From: Anaeramoeba ignava BMAN
Lineage: Eukaryota > Protista > Anaeramoebae
DNA length: 64,000 nucleotides
Direction: 5' to 3'
Assembly: GCA_028826165.1 (NCBI GenBank)
Contig: JAPDFW010000146.1
Location: 43,843-107,842, forward strand
The position numbers and the translations under genes are program-made. Under the pieces are notes generated by a model. It was not told the origin of the DNA. It did not search any database and worked only from the letters and a program-made list of their open reading frames with translations. The stretch's first letter is position 1. Every line of letters begins with the position of its first letter. Positions 39,001 through 52,782 of this stretch are shown in pieces.

Positions 39001-42000
39001 TTTATTTTCATTATTTTCATTATTTTGATTATTTTGATTATTTTCATTATTTTCATTATTTTCTTTATTTTCATTATTTTCATTATTTTCATTATTTTCT
39101 TTATTTTCATTATTTTCTTTATTTTCTTTATTTTCTTTATTTTCTTTATTTTCATCATTTTCTTTATTTTGTTCCTTGGTTTCTAATATAGATTGAGCTG
39201 ATTCAAAAATTGATTCTGTTGTAAATAAAGTAATAGGATTTTTTGAATTTGGATGAAGTTTTGCTGAAAAACTTTCAAAAAATAAATAAGATTGAATCAT
39301 TTCATCCGATTTAATTTTACTATCTTGTTTTTGCAAATTAGATCCTTTAATTATTGATTCCAAAGTTCCAAAATAAAGTGAAATAATTGGAACAATCTTT
39401 TCTCCATTTTTCTTTTCATTTTCACTTTCATTTTCACTTTCATTGTTTTCCATTTTGTTTGAAGCAATAGTGAGAGTAGATGATGTGAAGTTGAAGATTA
39501 CTTGATCAAAGGGAATTTTAATGTATTGTATTATTTCAGAAACAATGTCGTCTTTGTTTTCACTTAAGACTTTCTCCAATTTTTCTTCATTATTTATTTT
39601 GTGATCTGGAGGTTTTTTTTCCATTTCATCCTCGGTATTTTCCCAAAGCCAATAAAATTGGTTTGGGAATTGTTTGCGAAAATTTATTTCAGGTGCTTGC
39701 AAATGATCTTTTATAAAAATGAGGATATTTTTGTAAATTTTTTCTGTGATAATTCCATAAAATTCACCAAGATCAATAAATATTGTGTCAATCAAAGCAG
39801 ATAAATCTGGAGATGATGATTTGGTAACTCTAAAATTACAAAAAACTTCCATATTTTCCAGTTTAAATGCGTTTAAATTTTCATTTTCATTTTCATTTTC
39901 ATTTGAATTTGATGAAATGGTCAGAGATTTCTCATTTAAAATATCTTCTACAACAAGACGTATCAATCTAATACGTGCCTGTATATTATAAGTTTTATTA
40001 TTTTCTTTTTCTTTTTCTTTTCTTTTTCTTCTTTTTTTTCTATATAATCATTTGAATTTAATCCATTCAAATTTAGTTTTGATAAATTCTTGAGTGATTT
40101 GATTTTGGTTTTCAATTCATTTGGAACAAAATTTTCACTTCCACCAAATATTTCAATTGAATTTAATGTCAAAGCAAGAGTGGGAAGGCGAGTAGATGTA
40201 TAAGAAGTGAGAACTATTTGAAGTTTCAAAATCTGATTATTTAAATATTTGATTTAAATTAGAAAATGTTAATTTGATTTAAATTAATTGATATTTTGAC
40301 ATTTTTACTTCAATTCGAATTTGGGAAAAATCGTTCATTTTAGGAGTTAATCTGAAAATCAAATTAGAATCCAATTTATCAATATGCTCATTTTTGATAT
40401 TCGATAAAATGGTGCTAATTTTAGTTCTATGAGGAATATATTCGAAAACTTGTTCGAAATATTCAAGCAATAAAAAAGTGTGAACTTTATCAAGAACAAA
40501 TGTTATTGGTTTTAAAAGAACAACAAATTCATAATCATAATAACTTGAATGAGAAACCCATTCTTTGTTGAATAATATGATTCCGAAAGAAGCCTTCGAC
40601 ATTTTTACATCTCCTATAACTTCGTTAAACTCTTTGGCACGAATTTTCTCTTTAGCAATTTCATTTGGATGAATTGATTCTGATCGAAACAAATTACGTG
40701 AATATTGAGAAAAGGGATAATTCTCTTCCGGAACAGAATTTATTTGGTTCTGAAGAATAACTAATCGAGTTCCTCGATGAGTCAGTTGGAAAGAATCAAC
40801 AGTGATTTGTGCGAATCCAGGATAATAAGGATTATGAGGAGAAAGAGATTGCGAAATGTGAAGATTTTGAGCAAAAAAAACAAATCCTTGATTGAGTAAA
40901 ATTCGTAAATTTTGGATTTCTTCATTTTCTGATAAATTTCGTTTTTTTTCTGGAATCAAATGGAATGAAGCTTGAGAAATGTGGATATTCACAATAAATT
41001 CTGGTGGGAGTAATTGTAGTTGTGCTTTTTCATGTTCTGTTTTTGGCATTTCAAGTGGAACATCTGTTCTAAACATAAAATGATTTACACCATTAATTAA
41101 ACTTAACAAATTTGAAAATATAAATGGTGATGCTTTAATTCCTATAAATTCAAGTGAAATATCAATTTGTGTTGTTCCTAATTTTCCATCTTTACGAGTA
41201 ATGAACTATTTTATATAAATAATAAATCAATTATTTTTTTTTTTGAATAAATTTTTTTGTAAAATAACAATATCAAATCTACCTTCATTTCCAAAGGAAG
41301 TTTATCAAATAAAACTTGATTTTTTTGAGAATCTAACGTTTTTGTATTTGGTTTATCTGAATAAATAAAAAATGCTGAAATTTCATCAATAGTTGCTTTT
41401 CTAAAAATGTGAATATCTTTTTTGTTCTTATTGAAATTAAAAATATTTTTTAAAGAAACTTTTTGGAAATTTTCATTTGTTGTAAAAATGGAAAAGTCTT
41501 TAATATTCATGCAAATTTCTGGTGGACTCCAATCCCCAACTTTTCTAAGGTGATGTTTTCCTAATAATTTGATTCTGAAATTAACTCTTTCAATATTAAT
41601 TGTAATTCCATCTGCAATTTTTTGTCCAAATCCAAATTTGGGTTGTAAATCTTTTTGTTTTTTATTTTTTTTGGATTTCTTTTTTTTATTCTTAATTTCT
41701 TTATCTTCTTTTTGTTTCATTTTGTCAATTTTTTCTTTTCTTTTATAAATATAAATATTTAAAATATTTTATAAATTATTTTATAAATTATTTTATAAAT
41801 TATTTTATAAATTATTTTATAAATTGTTTTATAAATTGTTTTATAAATTATTTTATAAATTATTTTATAAATTATTTTATAAATTATTTTATAAATTATT
41901 TTATAAATTATTTTATAAATTGTTTTATAAATTATTTTATAAATTATTTTATAAATTATTTTATAAATTATTTTTGAAATTATTTATAAATTATTTTTGA

Positions 42001-44015
42001 AATTGTTTTATAAATTATTTTATAAATTATTTTTGAAATTGTTTTATAAATTATTTTATAAATTGTTTTATAAATTATTTTATAAATTATTTTATAAATT
42101 ATTTTATAAATTGTTTTATAAATTATTTTATAAATTATTTTATAAATTATTTTATAAATTATTTTATAAATTATTTTATAAATTATTTTATAAATTGTTT
42201 TATAAATTATTTTTAGAAATTATTTTATAGATTATTTTATAAATTATTTTATAAATTATTTTATAAATTGTTTTATAAATTCTTTTTATAAATTTTTTAT
42301 AAATTGTTTTATAAATTGTTTTATAAATTATTTTATAAATTATTTTATAAATTTTTTTATAAATTATTTTATAAATTGTTTTATAAATTGTTTTATAAAT
42401 TGTTTTTATAAATTATTTTATAAATTGTTTTATAAATTGTTTTATAAATTATTTTATAAAATATTTTATAAATTATTTTTAGAAATTATTTTATAAATTA
42501 TTTTATAAATTATTTTATAAATTATTTTATAAATTATTTTATAAATATTTTATAAATTATTTTATAAATTATTTTATAAATTGTTTTTATAAATTGTTTT
42601 ATAAATTGTTTTATAAATTGTTTTATAAATTATTTTATAAATTATTTTATAAATTGTTTTATTTTATAAATTATTTTATAAATTATTTTATAAATTATTT
42701 TATAAATTGTTTTATAAATTGTTTTATAAATTGTTTTATAAATTGTTTTATAAATTGTTTTATAAATTGTTTTATAAATTATTTTATAAATTGTTTTATA
42801 AATTGTTTTATAAATTGTTTTTGAAATTGTTTTATAAATTATTTTATAAATTATTTTATAAATTGTTTTATAAATTATTTTATAAATTGTTTTATAAATT
42901 GTTTTATAAATCATTTTTGAAATTGTTTTTATAAATTATTTTATAAATCATTTTATAAATTATTTTATAAATTATTTTATAAATTGTTTTATAAATTATT
43001 TTATAAATTATTTTATAAATTATTTTATAAATTATTTTGAAATTATTTTATAAATTATTTTATAAATTATTTTATAAATTGTTTTATAAATTGTTTTATA
43101 AATTATTTTATAAATTATTTTATAAATTATTTTATAAATTATTTTATAAATTATTTTATAAATTATTTTATAAATTATTTTATAAATTATTTTATAAATT
43201 ATTTTATAAATTGTTTTATAAATTGTTTTATAAATTGTTTTATAAATTATTTTATAAATTGTTTTATAAATTATTTTATAAATTGTTTTATAAATTGTTT
43301 TATAAATTATTTTATAAATTGTTTTATAAATTATTTTTGAAATTCTTTTTTGAAATTCTTTTTGAAATTTTATAAATTGTTTTTGGTATTCTCCTTTCGA
43401 TTTTAAAATGAATATATACTTTGAAAGAATAAAAGAGGCAATATCTTCTCTTTCTTGCATTTCAATATCTACACTTTCAATATTTAAAATAATAGGTTCT
43501 TTTCTTATTTTTGAAATAATACACTAAAAAAAAAAATAAATCAAAAAAAAATTTAAATAAATTAAAATTTTGTCCCAAAATGATCTAAGAAAAAAAAAAT
43601 CTTTTTAGATATTTTTACATGAACTTTTAGTTTACTAACAAAACCACGATTCATTTTTAATTGGGGTAAAGGTATAAAACTTTGAATAACTGGAACATTT
43701 AACTCAAGATTTACAAGCTCAGTTTTCCCTGATAATAATTCAAAACTGGACCCCTTTTGTTTAAAATCTACATAATAAAATTAAAGGTAAATAATATAAA
43801 TTAATTGTTGTTTTATTGTGCTTATATTATAATTTATATTGAAAAAAAAGGTATTTTTTAAATTTATAATTTTTATTTGTGAAAAAAAAAGGTTTTTTTT
43901 TTGCTTTTTTTTTTGTTTTTTGTTTTTTAATTTAAAAAAGAAAAAAATTAATCAATTTACCTTTAAAAAATGTTGATAAAATTTTATGAAGAGCTTTAGT
44001 TACGATTAAATTCAT
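36004..44015 (-). CDS. Bridge-like lipid transfer protein, Chorein_N family (BLTP3/UHRF1BP1-like), with coiled coil, QELK repeats and C-terminal PH-like domain; multi-exon
   Basis: Spliced N-terminus MNLIVTKALHKIYQHFFK/DFKQKGSSFELLSGKTELVNLELN...GFVSKLKVH resembles Chorein_N; FGFGQKIADGITINIERV resembles BLTP3; WVTRFLVLVPESLYFYR is PH-like. Confidence 0.75.
41765..43380. repeat. 1.6-kb intronic 12-bp repeat (TTATAAATT[A/G]TT)n
   Basis: Direct observation; it generates the spurious LFYK/KIIY ORFs. Confidence 0.92.
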
Positions 44016-44083
44016 ATTAAACAAAAAAAAAAAGAGGAAAAAAAATGATTTTTTAATTTTAATTCTAATTTTAAATTTTTAAA

Positions 44084-47000
44084 TTATTTTTTTTGAGAAA
44101 GATCAAATAAGTTTTGGAATTGATTTAAAATGTTGGGATTAATTTGATTTAATAGTTCTTTTTGAGTTTCTTCATTTAAAGAATCAACAAGATTTATAAT
44201 ATTTTGTTTGATTTGTAAAACAATTTCATTATTAATTATTGAATCAAATTGAAGATGAAATTTTTCAAGATAATTTTTAAAAGTATCTGGAATACCAAAT
44301 TCGATTGATTTTTCCCAAATTTGTTTTGAATCATCCTCATTGAATTCATGATGAATAAGTGATTGATTATTTTTTTCATTTTCTATTCCTTTTATTTTTT
44401 GTTGATTTAAAGGAGAATTTGGATCTTCAAGATCTTGCTTTTCGTGAAATAATCCAATAAACAAAGTCATCAATATTTCAATTTTAAGTAGTAGATAATT
44501 CTTCTCAAAACTGAAAAGAACAGAAAGGGCAAAATGAGATAATTTCCTGTTTTGGAAAGTGAGTAAATAATCGTTTAATTCAATCCATTTATCAAAAAAG
44601 TAAAATAAAACATCTTGAAAATTCCCGAAATTTCCATTTTGATTTTGAGCGAATTTGTTGAGAAATTCCAGGAAAAACATTGGTTCATGAATAATGACTC
44701 TTGATATCAATAAAATGTACTTTGAATTTAAAAGAGGACCAGTTGTATTCAATTCGTCTTCAAATTTGAATGAAATTATTGATTCAAATAGAATTTGCAA
44801 TAATCCAGATTTTTCAAGAATCATGGCAATATCCTGAGGAAAGCGTATAAGAATAAGATCTAAAACTTGATATATTTGGAGAATGGCTTCGTTTGAAACT
44901 TGAGGGATCAAAACGGAAAATTCTTCCATAATTTGATTCACAAACGAATTGAGGAAATGCTCTTCTCCAATAATAATATATGCTTCAATAATTTCCAATC
45001 CTTTTTTCAAATCTTCATCAACTGTTAATAACTTGAAAATACTTGGGAAAATTTCAAATAACTGTGAATAATCTTTCTGAAATTGCTCTGTGTTGTTTGT
45101 GTTTTGGAAATCGGATATTGTTATTGAATTGCGAATAATTGATAGCCAACATTCAAACGTTGCTGTTAATACCGAGAATTCGAAGCAATTTGAATCGACT
45201 GAATTTTGGATAATTGGCAAAATGAGTGAGTAAAACATGATAGAATCCATTCCAAGCGAATTAACAATTGCTGAAAGAACAACAAGAATATGTTTCCGAA
45301 TATTTTTGAGCATTGGAGAATCATATTCAAAATCAACTGGAAAATTGCTTGTGTTTTGCTCATTTGATGAAGAAGATCCAAGTAAATTACCCCAACCTTG
45401 AGACAAAAATTTGATAATTTCCTCTGCATAATTTTTGATTTCATCCCCAATATAATATATTAATAACCCAAGAGAATTTAAAATTTTTTCGGCTAGTTCT
45501 TCACTGTAAATGTTTTTGGGAAAATCAATTAAGAAATGAATCCATGAAACAAAATCTCCTTGATTTTCATTCAAATGCAGATGCGGAATCAAACCGATCA
45601 AACTATCAACACCTGAAATCTGAATAACAATATCTGGCGAAGATAGTGTTTTGGTGATTAACTCGTAAATATCATGAATTATCGATTTATCAATTTGGGT
45701 TGCAAATTGTTCGACTAGCCAGAAAATTCTCCTGATAAGAATTCCCGAATTGTCACTAATCAAATCATTTTTCAAAATGTTCTGATAAAAATTTGGAAAG
45801 TTGATTAGATTTTGGAATTGAAACGATCCCCATCCGATAAGATGATATACAGCATCTTTAAACAGAATGTTATTTTCGTCATATTCTAAAATTTGCGTGT
45901 TATTATCAGTGATTGAATTCAAAAGCGAAAATGTAATTGAAGTTGAAAGTTCTGTTCGAGATTTGAAAAATGACTTGAAAAAAGATTTAGTGGCTGAATT
46001 GAGCTTGAATTCGATATTTTCAATATGATTGTTTTCAATAAAATTTTCTGGATTTTCTTTCCATTCATCCAAGTCTTGCGTACTCATAACAATAACTTTT
46101 TTCACAAGAACTTCGCAAATCATGGATATTGTTTGTTGAGTGAAAATTAAATCAATATTAGAAGTGCTATTTTCTTGTGAAGAAAAACAACTATTGTGTT
46201 CTACTGATTGCAAAATGGAACTAAGAAATTCCAGAGTGTATGCGATAAATTTGGAATAGTTTGCATTTTTACGAAAAGAATTGCTTGATAAAAATGAATA
46301 GAATTCATCAAGTGATTGCTGAAGAGTTTTAACTCCGTAATTTGCAAATAAAGAAGTAAATTTCTCTTGAATTTGGAAAATTAACTTGCAAGTTTTGGAT
46401 ATAATATTTTCACAAAGTTTTTTTAATCGAAAAAGTGGATTTTCATTTTCAAAATCATTTCCAAAATCATTTCCATTTTTTTGAGAAACAATTTTTTGCT
46501 CCAAATATTCCAAAGAAGTTCTGTATTGAAATAACTGCTCCAAATACTTGATTGCTTGTTCAGTAAATTGAGAAAGAATTTGATGATTATCTGTTGGTTG
46601 AAATCCATATTTTGAAAGTATTAAACACGATTTAAGAAGATATTTAAATAGAGAATCAAGATGAGAAAAATTCTCAAAATTTGTTAGCAATATTTGTTGG
46701 ATTTGTTGCAATGAAAGTTGTTCGTTTTCGATATTTCCAAAAAAAAGAAATAACCAATCAATTCCATTTCCAATAATTTTGATTAAATTATTAAAATTAT
46801 CATTTGCAATTTGTCTAAATTTAAAACGGTCTCTGGGTAAAACCTTTGTTGATAATTCTTCAATTACAAATCGAATAGTCATTGATTTTCTAAGAAGTGA
46901 TAAACTCAAAATATCTGAATTTTTATTTGTATTTACAAATAAATTGTTAAATAATTGCTTCCTATTTGTTTATTTTAATTAAAATGAATTAAAATGAATT

Positions 47001-47589
47001 AAATATTGATTTATTACCAATTCATTGAAGAATCATTTCTTGCAATTTTTGCAATTGAAATGGAAACTTGAGTTGCAATCTAAATGTGTTTTTAAATTGA
47101 AGAATTTTTGTAAAAAATATTGTTTTATTTTGTTTTATTTAAAAAGATTTTAAACCCGAAAATCTTCATCTGTAAACATTTCTAATAAACGATTAGTGAT
47201 GTTTTCTTTTTCTTCATTTGAAATTGTAAATCTAATCCAATTAAATTTTAAAAATTTAAAGAGAAATTTATTTAACAAAAAAAAAATTTACAATGAATTT
47301 TTTCTTATAAATTTGTTTAAAGAATTTTTTAATAAAATGGATGCTAAAAGTCTTTTTGGTGAAGGGATTTGATTATTTGAAATGAATTCCTTTTTGAAAA
47401 AAAAAATAGATTATTTATAAATTATATTTAATTTTTTTTCTTTTTTTTTTTTTTTACAGTAAGTAAAAAAGAAAATCCATTTTGTTGAGATAAATGAGTT
47501 AATTGATTTTCAGATTCTTGAATAAGTTGAAAATTTTCACTTAAAATATTATCAAAAAGAATTGAAATTGTTTGTAATTTTTGATTCAT
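44084..47589 (-). CDS. Importin-beta family karyopherin, importin-11/Kap120-like; several short 5' introns
   Basis: IBN_N-like start (ESENQL...RLLASILLKNSLNK), HEAT-like helices, DLDEWKENPENFI, KDAVYHLIGWG, LIRRIFWLV. Confidence 0.8.
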
Positions 47590-47783
47590 TAATTTAAAAA
47601 TGAAAAATGAAAAATGAAAAAAATGAAAAAAATGAAAAGAAAAATTTTGATTTTAATTTTGATTTTAAATTTAATTTGGAATTTTAATTTTGATTTTAAT
47701 TTTGATTTTGATTTTAATTTTGAATTTTGATTTTAATTTTAATTTTAATTTTAAAATGAATTTGGAATTTTAATTTGGAATTT

Positions 47784-48176
47784 TTAAAGCTTGTCGAAAA
47801 CGTCGTTTAATTTCTTTAAAACTACTTCAGCAACTCCATTCATTTTTGAATTATTCGCAATTCCAAAATATTTGATTGGATCAGGAAAGAGTAAAAAAAT
47901 TTCATCAGATCCTTTATCTTTTCTTAAAGCAGCATGACAAGGAAGAAGAGCAAGTGAATCAGGATCTGCTCGAAGAAAACCAGCAGCATATTCAGGATAG
48001 CAAAAAGTAATTACTAAACAGTCTCCAAAATCTTCATTCAATGCAGCTTTAACGCTTTTACAAATTCTTGCTTGTGCTAATACTATAAGATCGCAAGATT
48101 TAAGTGCTTCAATTACTGTTTCTAATGCTTTTTCAAAATCTGTTTCTTTTAATTTTTTTTTTAAAACGAAAGTCAT
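47784..48176 (-). CDS. DUF302-family protein (prokaryote-type), copy 1
   Basis: 130 aa, intronless; FEKALETVIEALK...ITFCYPEYA...ALLPCHA fits the DUF302 CxP / LLPC pattern. Confidence 0.8.
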   Translation of the reverse strand: MTFVLKKKLKETDFEKALETVIEALKSCDLIVLAQARICKSVKAALNEDFGDCLVITFCYPEYAAGFLRADPDSLALLPCHAALRKDKGSDEIFLLFPDPIKYFGIANNSKMNGVAEVVLKKLNDVFDKL

Positions 48177-48493
48177 TTTTTTATGTTGACTTGAATTAAA
48201 AAAAGAAAATAAAAAATGATTTAGAAAAAAATCAAATTAAAAAAAGCAAAAAAAAAAAGCAAAAAAAAAATTTTTTTTATTTTAATTTTTTATCCCTTTA
48301 CTTTTTAATTAAAAAATAAAATAATAAAATAATAAAATAATTTTAAAATTGATTATCTTCTTTTTATTTAAAAAATATTCTTTGTTTCAAAGTTTTTTTT
48401 TTGAATAAAAAAAAAGAAGATTAAAAAAGAAAAAAAAAATTGGAAAAAAAAGAAAAGAAAAAAAAAATGGAAAAAATGAACTGAAAAGTAATT

Positions 48494-48886
48494 TTAAATT
48501 TTATCGAAAACTTCTTTTAATTTCTCACTAACAATTTCACCAAGTTCATCAATTTTACTTTGATTTGCAATTTTTAAGTAATTAATTGGTTCAAGAGTTA
48601 AACATAAAATTTCTTCAGATCCTTTATCTTTTTTCACAGTTACATTACAGGGAAGTAAAGTAACTGCATTTGGATCAACTTGAAGAGTACTAAATGCAAT
48701 TTTGGGAAAACAGGCATTAATGATCATAACTTGTCCAATATCTTCATTTAATTTTGCTTTAATTACATCACTAAGTTTGATTTGGGATAAAATTCCAAAT
48801 CCAGTTGATTTAAGTGCTTCTAATACTGTTTCTAATCCTTTCTCAAATACTGTTTCTTTAAGTTTTTTTGATAAAAAATAAGCCAT
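48494..48886 (-). CDS. DUF302-family protein (prokaryote-type), copy 2
   Basis: 130 aa, intronless; GFGILSQIKLSDVIKAKLNED...INACFPKIA...LLPCNVTV; colinear paralog of 47784-48176. Confidence 0.85.
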   Translation of the reverse strand: MAYFLSKKLKETVFEKGLETVLEALKSTGFGILSQIKLSDVIKAKLNEDIGQVMIINACFPKIAFSTLQVDPNAVTLLPCNVTVKKDKGSEEILCLTLEPINYLKIANQSKIDELGEIVSEKLKEVFDKI

Positions 48887-49279
48887 TTGATTAAATTTAA
48901 AATTTAAAAAAAAAATTTAAAAAAAAAATGAAAAGAAAAAAATGAAAAAATTTTTTTTGAATTAAAAAATTCGCTGGCAAAATAATTTAAAGATTTAATG
49001 ATGAGTAATTATTTAATTTAAAATAGATTTTTTATTGTGATTTTTGTTTTTAGATAATTTGATCAAATAAATAAGATAAAATTAAAAATTAAAATTAAAA
49101 ATTAATAAAGGGGTTATTTTTGGATTTTAATAAAAAATTTTGCTTTTTTTAATATTTGGGGGTATTTTGAATATTAAAAAAAAAATTTAATTAAATTTGA
49201 AATCTTTTTGATCTAAAAAGAAAAAGCAACATAATTAATAAAAATAATAATTTTTTGGATTTTCTATTTTAGATTTATA

Positions 49280-50925
49280 ATGATATTTATATTTATATTG
49301 ATATTTATATTTATATTTATATTTATATTGATATTTATATTGATATTTATATTAATATTAATATTGATATTTATATTTATATTGATATTTATATTGATAT
49401 TGATATTTATATTTATATTTATATTTATATTAATATTTATATTTATAATTATATTGATATTGATATTGATATTGATATTTATATTGATATTTATATTGAT
49501 ATTGATATTGATATTGATATTTATATTGATATTGATATTGATATTGATATTGATATTTATATTGATATTGATATTTATATTTATATTGATATTGATATTG
49601 ATATTGATATTTATATTGATATTGATATTGATATTTATATTGATATTGATATTGATATTGATATTGATATTTATATTGATATTTATATTTATATTGATAT
49701 TTATATTGATATTGATATTTATATTTATATTGATATTGATATTGATATTGATATTTATATTGATATTGATATTGATATTTATATTTATATTGATATTGAT
49801 ATTGATATTGATATTGATATTTATATTTATATTTATATTTATATTGATATTGATATTTATATTGATATTGATATTGATATTGATATTTATATTGATATTG
49901 ATATTGATATTGATATTTATATTGATATTGATATTGATATTGATATTGATATTGATATTGATATTTATATTTATATTTATATTTATATTTATATTTATAT
50001 TGATATTGATATTGTAATATTTATATTGATATTGATATTGATATTGATATTGATATTGATATTTTATATTTATATTGATATTGATATTAATATTTATATT
50101 GATATTGATATTGATATTGATATTTGATATTTATATTGATATTGATATTGATATTTTATATTGATATTGATATTGATATTGATATATTTATATTTATATT
50201 TATATTTATATTTATATTTATATTTTATATTTATATTTTATATTTATATTTTATATTTATATTTTATATTTATATTTATATTTTATATTTATATTTTATA
50301 TTTATATATTTATATTTATATTTATATTTTATATTTATATTTATATTTATATTTACATTTATATTTATATTTATATTTATATTTATATTTATATTTATAT
50401 TTATATTTCATATTTATATTTATATTTATATTTTATTTTTATATTTATATTTTATATTTTATATTTTTATATTTATGTTTATATATTTATATTTATATTT
50501 ATATTTATATTTATATTTATATTTATATTTATATTTATATTTATATTTATATTTATATTTATATTTTATATTTATAATTATATTTATATTTATATTTTAT
50601 ATTTATATTTATATTTATATTTTATATTGATATTTATATTGATATGACATTTATATTGATATTGATATTGATATTGATATTTATATTGATATTGATATTT
50701 ATATTGATATTTATATTGATATTTATATTGATATTTATATTTATATTTATATTGATATTGATATTGATATTGATATTGATATTGATATTGATATTGATAT
50801 TGATATTGATATTGATATTGATATTGATATTGATATTGATATTGATATTGATATTGATATTGATATTGATATTGATATTGATATTGATATTGATATTGAT
50901 ATTGATATTGATATTGATATTGATT
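49280..50925. repeat. 1.65-kb hexamer satellite mixing ATATTG and ATATTT units
   Basis: Direct observation; it abuts the stop codon of the RCC1-BTB gene. Confidence 0.95.
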
Positions 50926-52782
50926 TTAAAAAATAGAACAATTATTTTTTTGAATTTGATTTTGATTTTCATTTTCAATTTCAATTTCATTTTCAAATTG
51001 ATTTTGATTTTGATTTTGATTTTGATTATTAAATTTCCTAATTAATAAATCAAATAAATTTGGATTTGTTTGATTTAATTGAAAATAATCAATTCCAATT
51101 TGAATTTCATCAATTATTTCTTGTGTAATTTGAATTCCTTCTTTAATTTGATTTGAATAAATCCAATATTCAAATATTTGAAATGATTTATTACTTAATT
51201 CACTATAATCTGTAACTTTATTAGATGTATCTTCAGTTACAGATAAAAACATTCCTCGATATAATTCACTTCTCATTATTAATATTAATTTTGGAAATTT
51301 ATATTGTTTTTCTTTTCTTTCAATAATGAAATCATTTCCATTTTCATTTTCATTTAAATAAATTCTTTTCATTGTTTCTTCAATTTTTTCATTGGAATTT
51401 ATAATTTCTTTAATTTCAGAATATAATTTTGGATTAATTTTGGAATTGTTTGAATAAATCATTTCAAATATTTGATTTGATTCTTTAATTGATTTATTTG
51501 AAATAATTTCTTGAAGTTTTTCAATTTGATTTTGATTTTGATTTAATCTATATTTCAATATTAATTTATGAGCTTCAATTATTTCTCCATTTTCTGTTTT
51601 AAATGAAATATCACAAAATTCTTTTCTTCTAAATAGTTTTATCAAATCTTCTTCAAGATTGGAAAAAGGAGGAGAATAATAAAGAAATGATCTTTGATAT
51701 CCACAAAGAACATGATAATTGGAAATATTTTCATTAAATCTTAATTTAGGAAGTTCAATTTGAATTGGAATTAATTGATATTTTGTATCTCCAGTTCCTA
51801 ATTGACCATAAGAATTACTTCCAAATACTATTAATTTTGAATTTGATGTTAAAATCAAAGTATGTGTATTTCCAACAGAAAATTCAAGAATATTATCATC
51901 ATTTTCAAATAAAGATGATTTAATTTCAGTAAATTCATAAGTATTTTCATTTTTGCCAAGTCCATTTAATTGATATTCTCCACATGAATAAAGTTTTCTT
52001 TTTGGATTTTCATCTTCATTTTCAATCAACATTACTGAAAAAGCATATCCACATTGAATATCAATTATTTCACCTTTTGGAATATTTTGGATTTTGGTTA
52101 ATTTTTGGATTTCTGATTGTTCTTTTCTTGATTCTCCTAATCCAACTTGACCATAATTGTTATATCCGCATCCAAATAATTCTTGATTTGAATTCAAAAG
52201 AAAAACATGATAAGAAGTATTTCCTGAAAATATTTTAGAAACATTTTTCATCATTAAAATTGGTTTTTCTGTTTCATAAAGTGTTTTAGAATCAAAACCA
52301 AGTTGGCCATAATTATTTGAACCAATTCCATAAGCATTTTGATTTGAAGTTAATAAGTAAATTGAATTAGCAGAACAAACAATATCTTGAATTATTCTAT
52401 CATTTGGATCTTCAATTAATGATGAAATATTGATAAATTCTTTTGGATTTTCTGAATTAATATCTTTTCCTTTGGCAAATACATTTCCTTCTATTGTTAA
52501 AATAGCTTCATTTCCAAAACCAACAGTTACTTTTTGAATATTTTCTTCAAATTGGATTTTTGAAGGATTTTGATTTGAATCATTTTCATTTAGATATTCT
52601 ATTGCTTTTCCATTTTTAAAAAGGAAAATTGTTGAAAAATCTCCTGATGAAATTTGTTTAATTTGTTTTTCATTTTCATTTTCATTTTCAAATTTAAATT
52701 GAATTGGTTTTTTTATTTCATTTGGTTCATTTTTGAAAAGTTTTGGATATTTATTTAAACCAAAAAATAAACAATCATTCAT
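50926..52782 (-). CDS. RCC1-repeat + tandem BTB/POZ protein with C-terminal CaaX (CSIF)
   Basis: RCC1 motifs GSNNYGQLG, GYNNYGQVG, FSVGNTHTLIL, GSNSYGQLGTG; BTB FCDISF...IEAHKLIL and DFIIE...FPKLILIMRSELYRGMF. Confidence 0.92.
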   Translation of the reverse strand: MNDCLFFGLNKYPKLFKNEPNEIKKPIQFKFENENENEKQIKQISSGDFSTIFLFKNGKAIEYLNENDSNQNPSKIQFEENIQKVTVGFGNEAILTIEGNVFAKGKDINSENPKEFINISSLIEDPNDRIIQDIVCSANSIYLLTSNQNAYGIGSNNYGQLGFDSKTLYETEKPILMMKNVSKIFSGNTSYHVFLLNSNQELFGCGYNNYGQVGLGESRKEQSEIQKLTKIQNIPKGEIIDIQCGYAFSVMLIENEDENPKRKLYSCGEYQLNGLGKNENTYEFTEIKSSLFENDDNILEFSVGNTHTLILTSNSKLIVFGSNSYGQLGTGDTKYQLIPIQIELPKLRFNENISNYHVLCGYQRSFLYYSPPFSNLEEDLIKLFRRKEFCDISFKTENGEIIEAHKLILKYRLNQNQNQIEKLQEIISNKSIKESNQIFEMIYSNNSKINPKLYSEIKEIINSNEKIEETMKRIYLNENENGNDFIIERKEKQYKFPKLILIMRSELYRGMFLSVTEDTSNKVTDYSELSNKSFQIFEYWIYSNQIKEGIQITQEIIDEIQIGIDYFQLNQTNPNLFDLLIRKFNNQNQNQNQNQFENEIEIENENQNQIQKNNCSIF

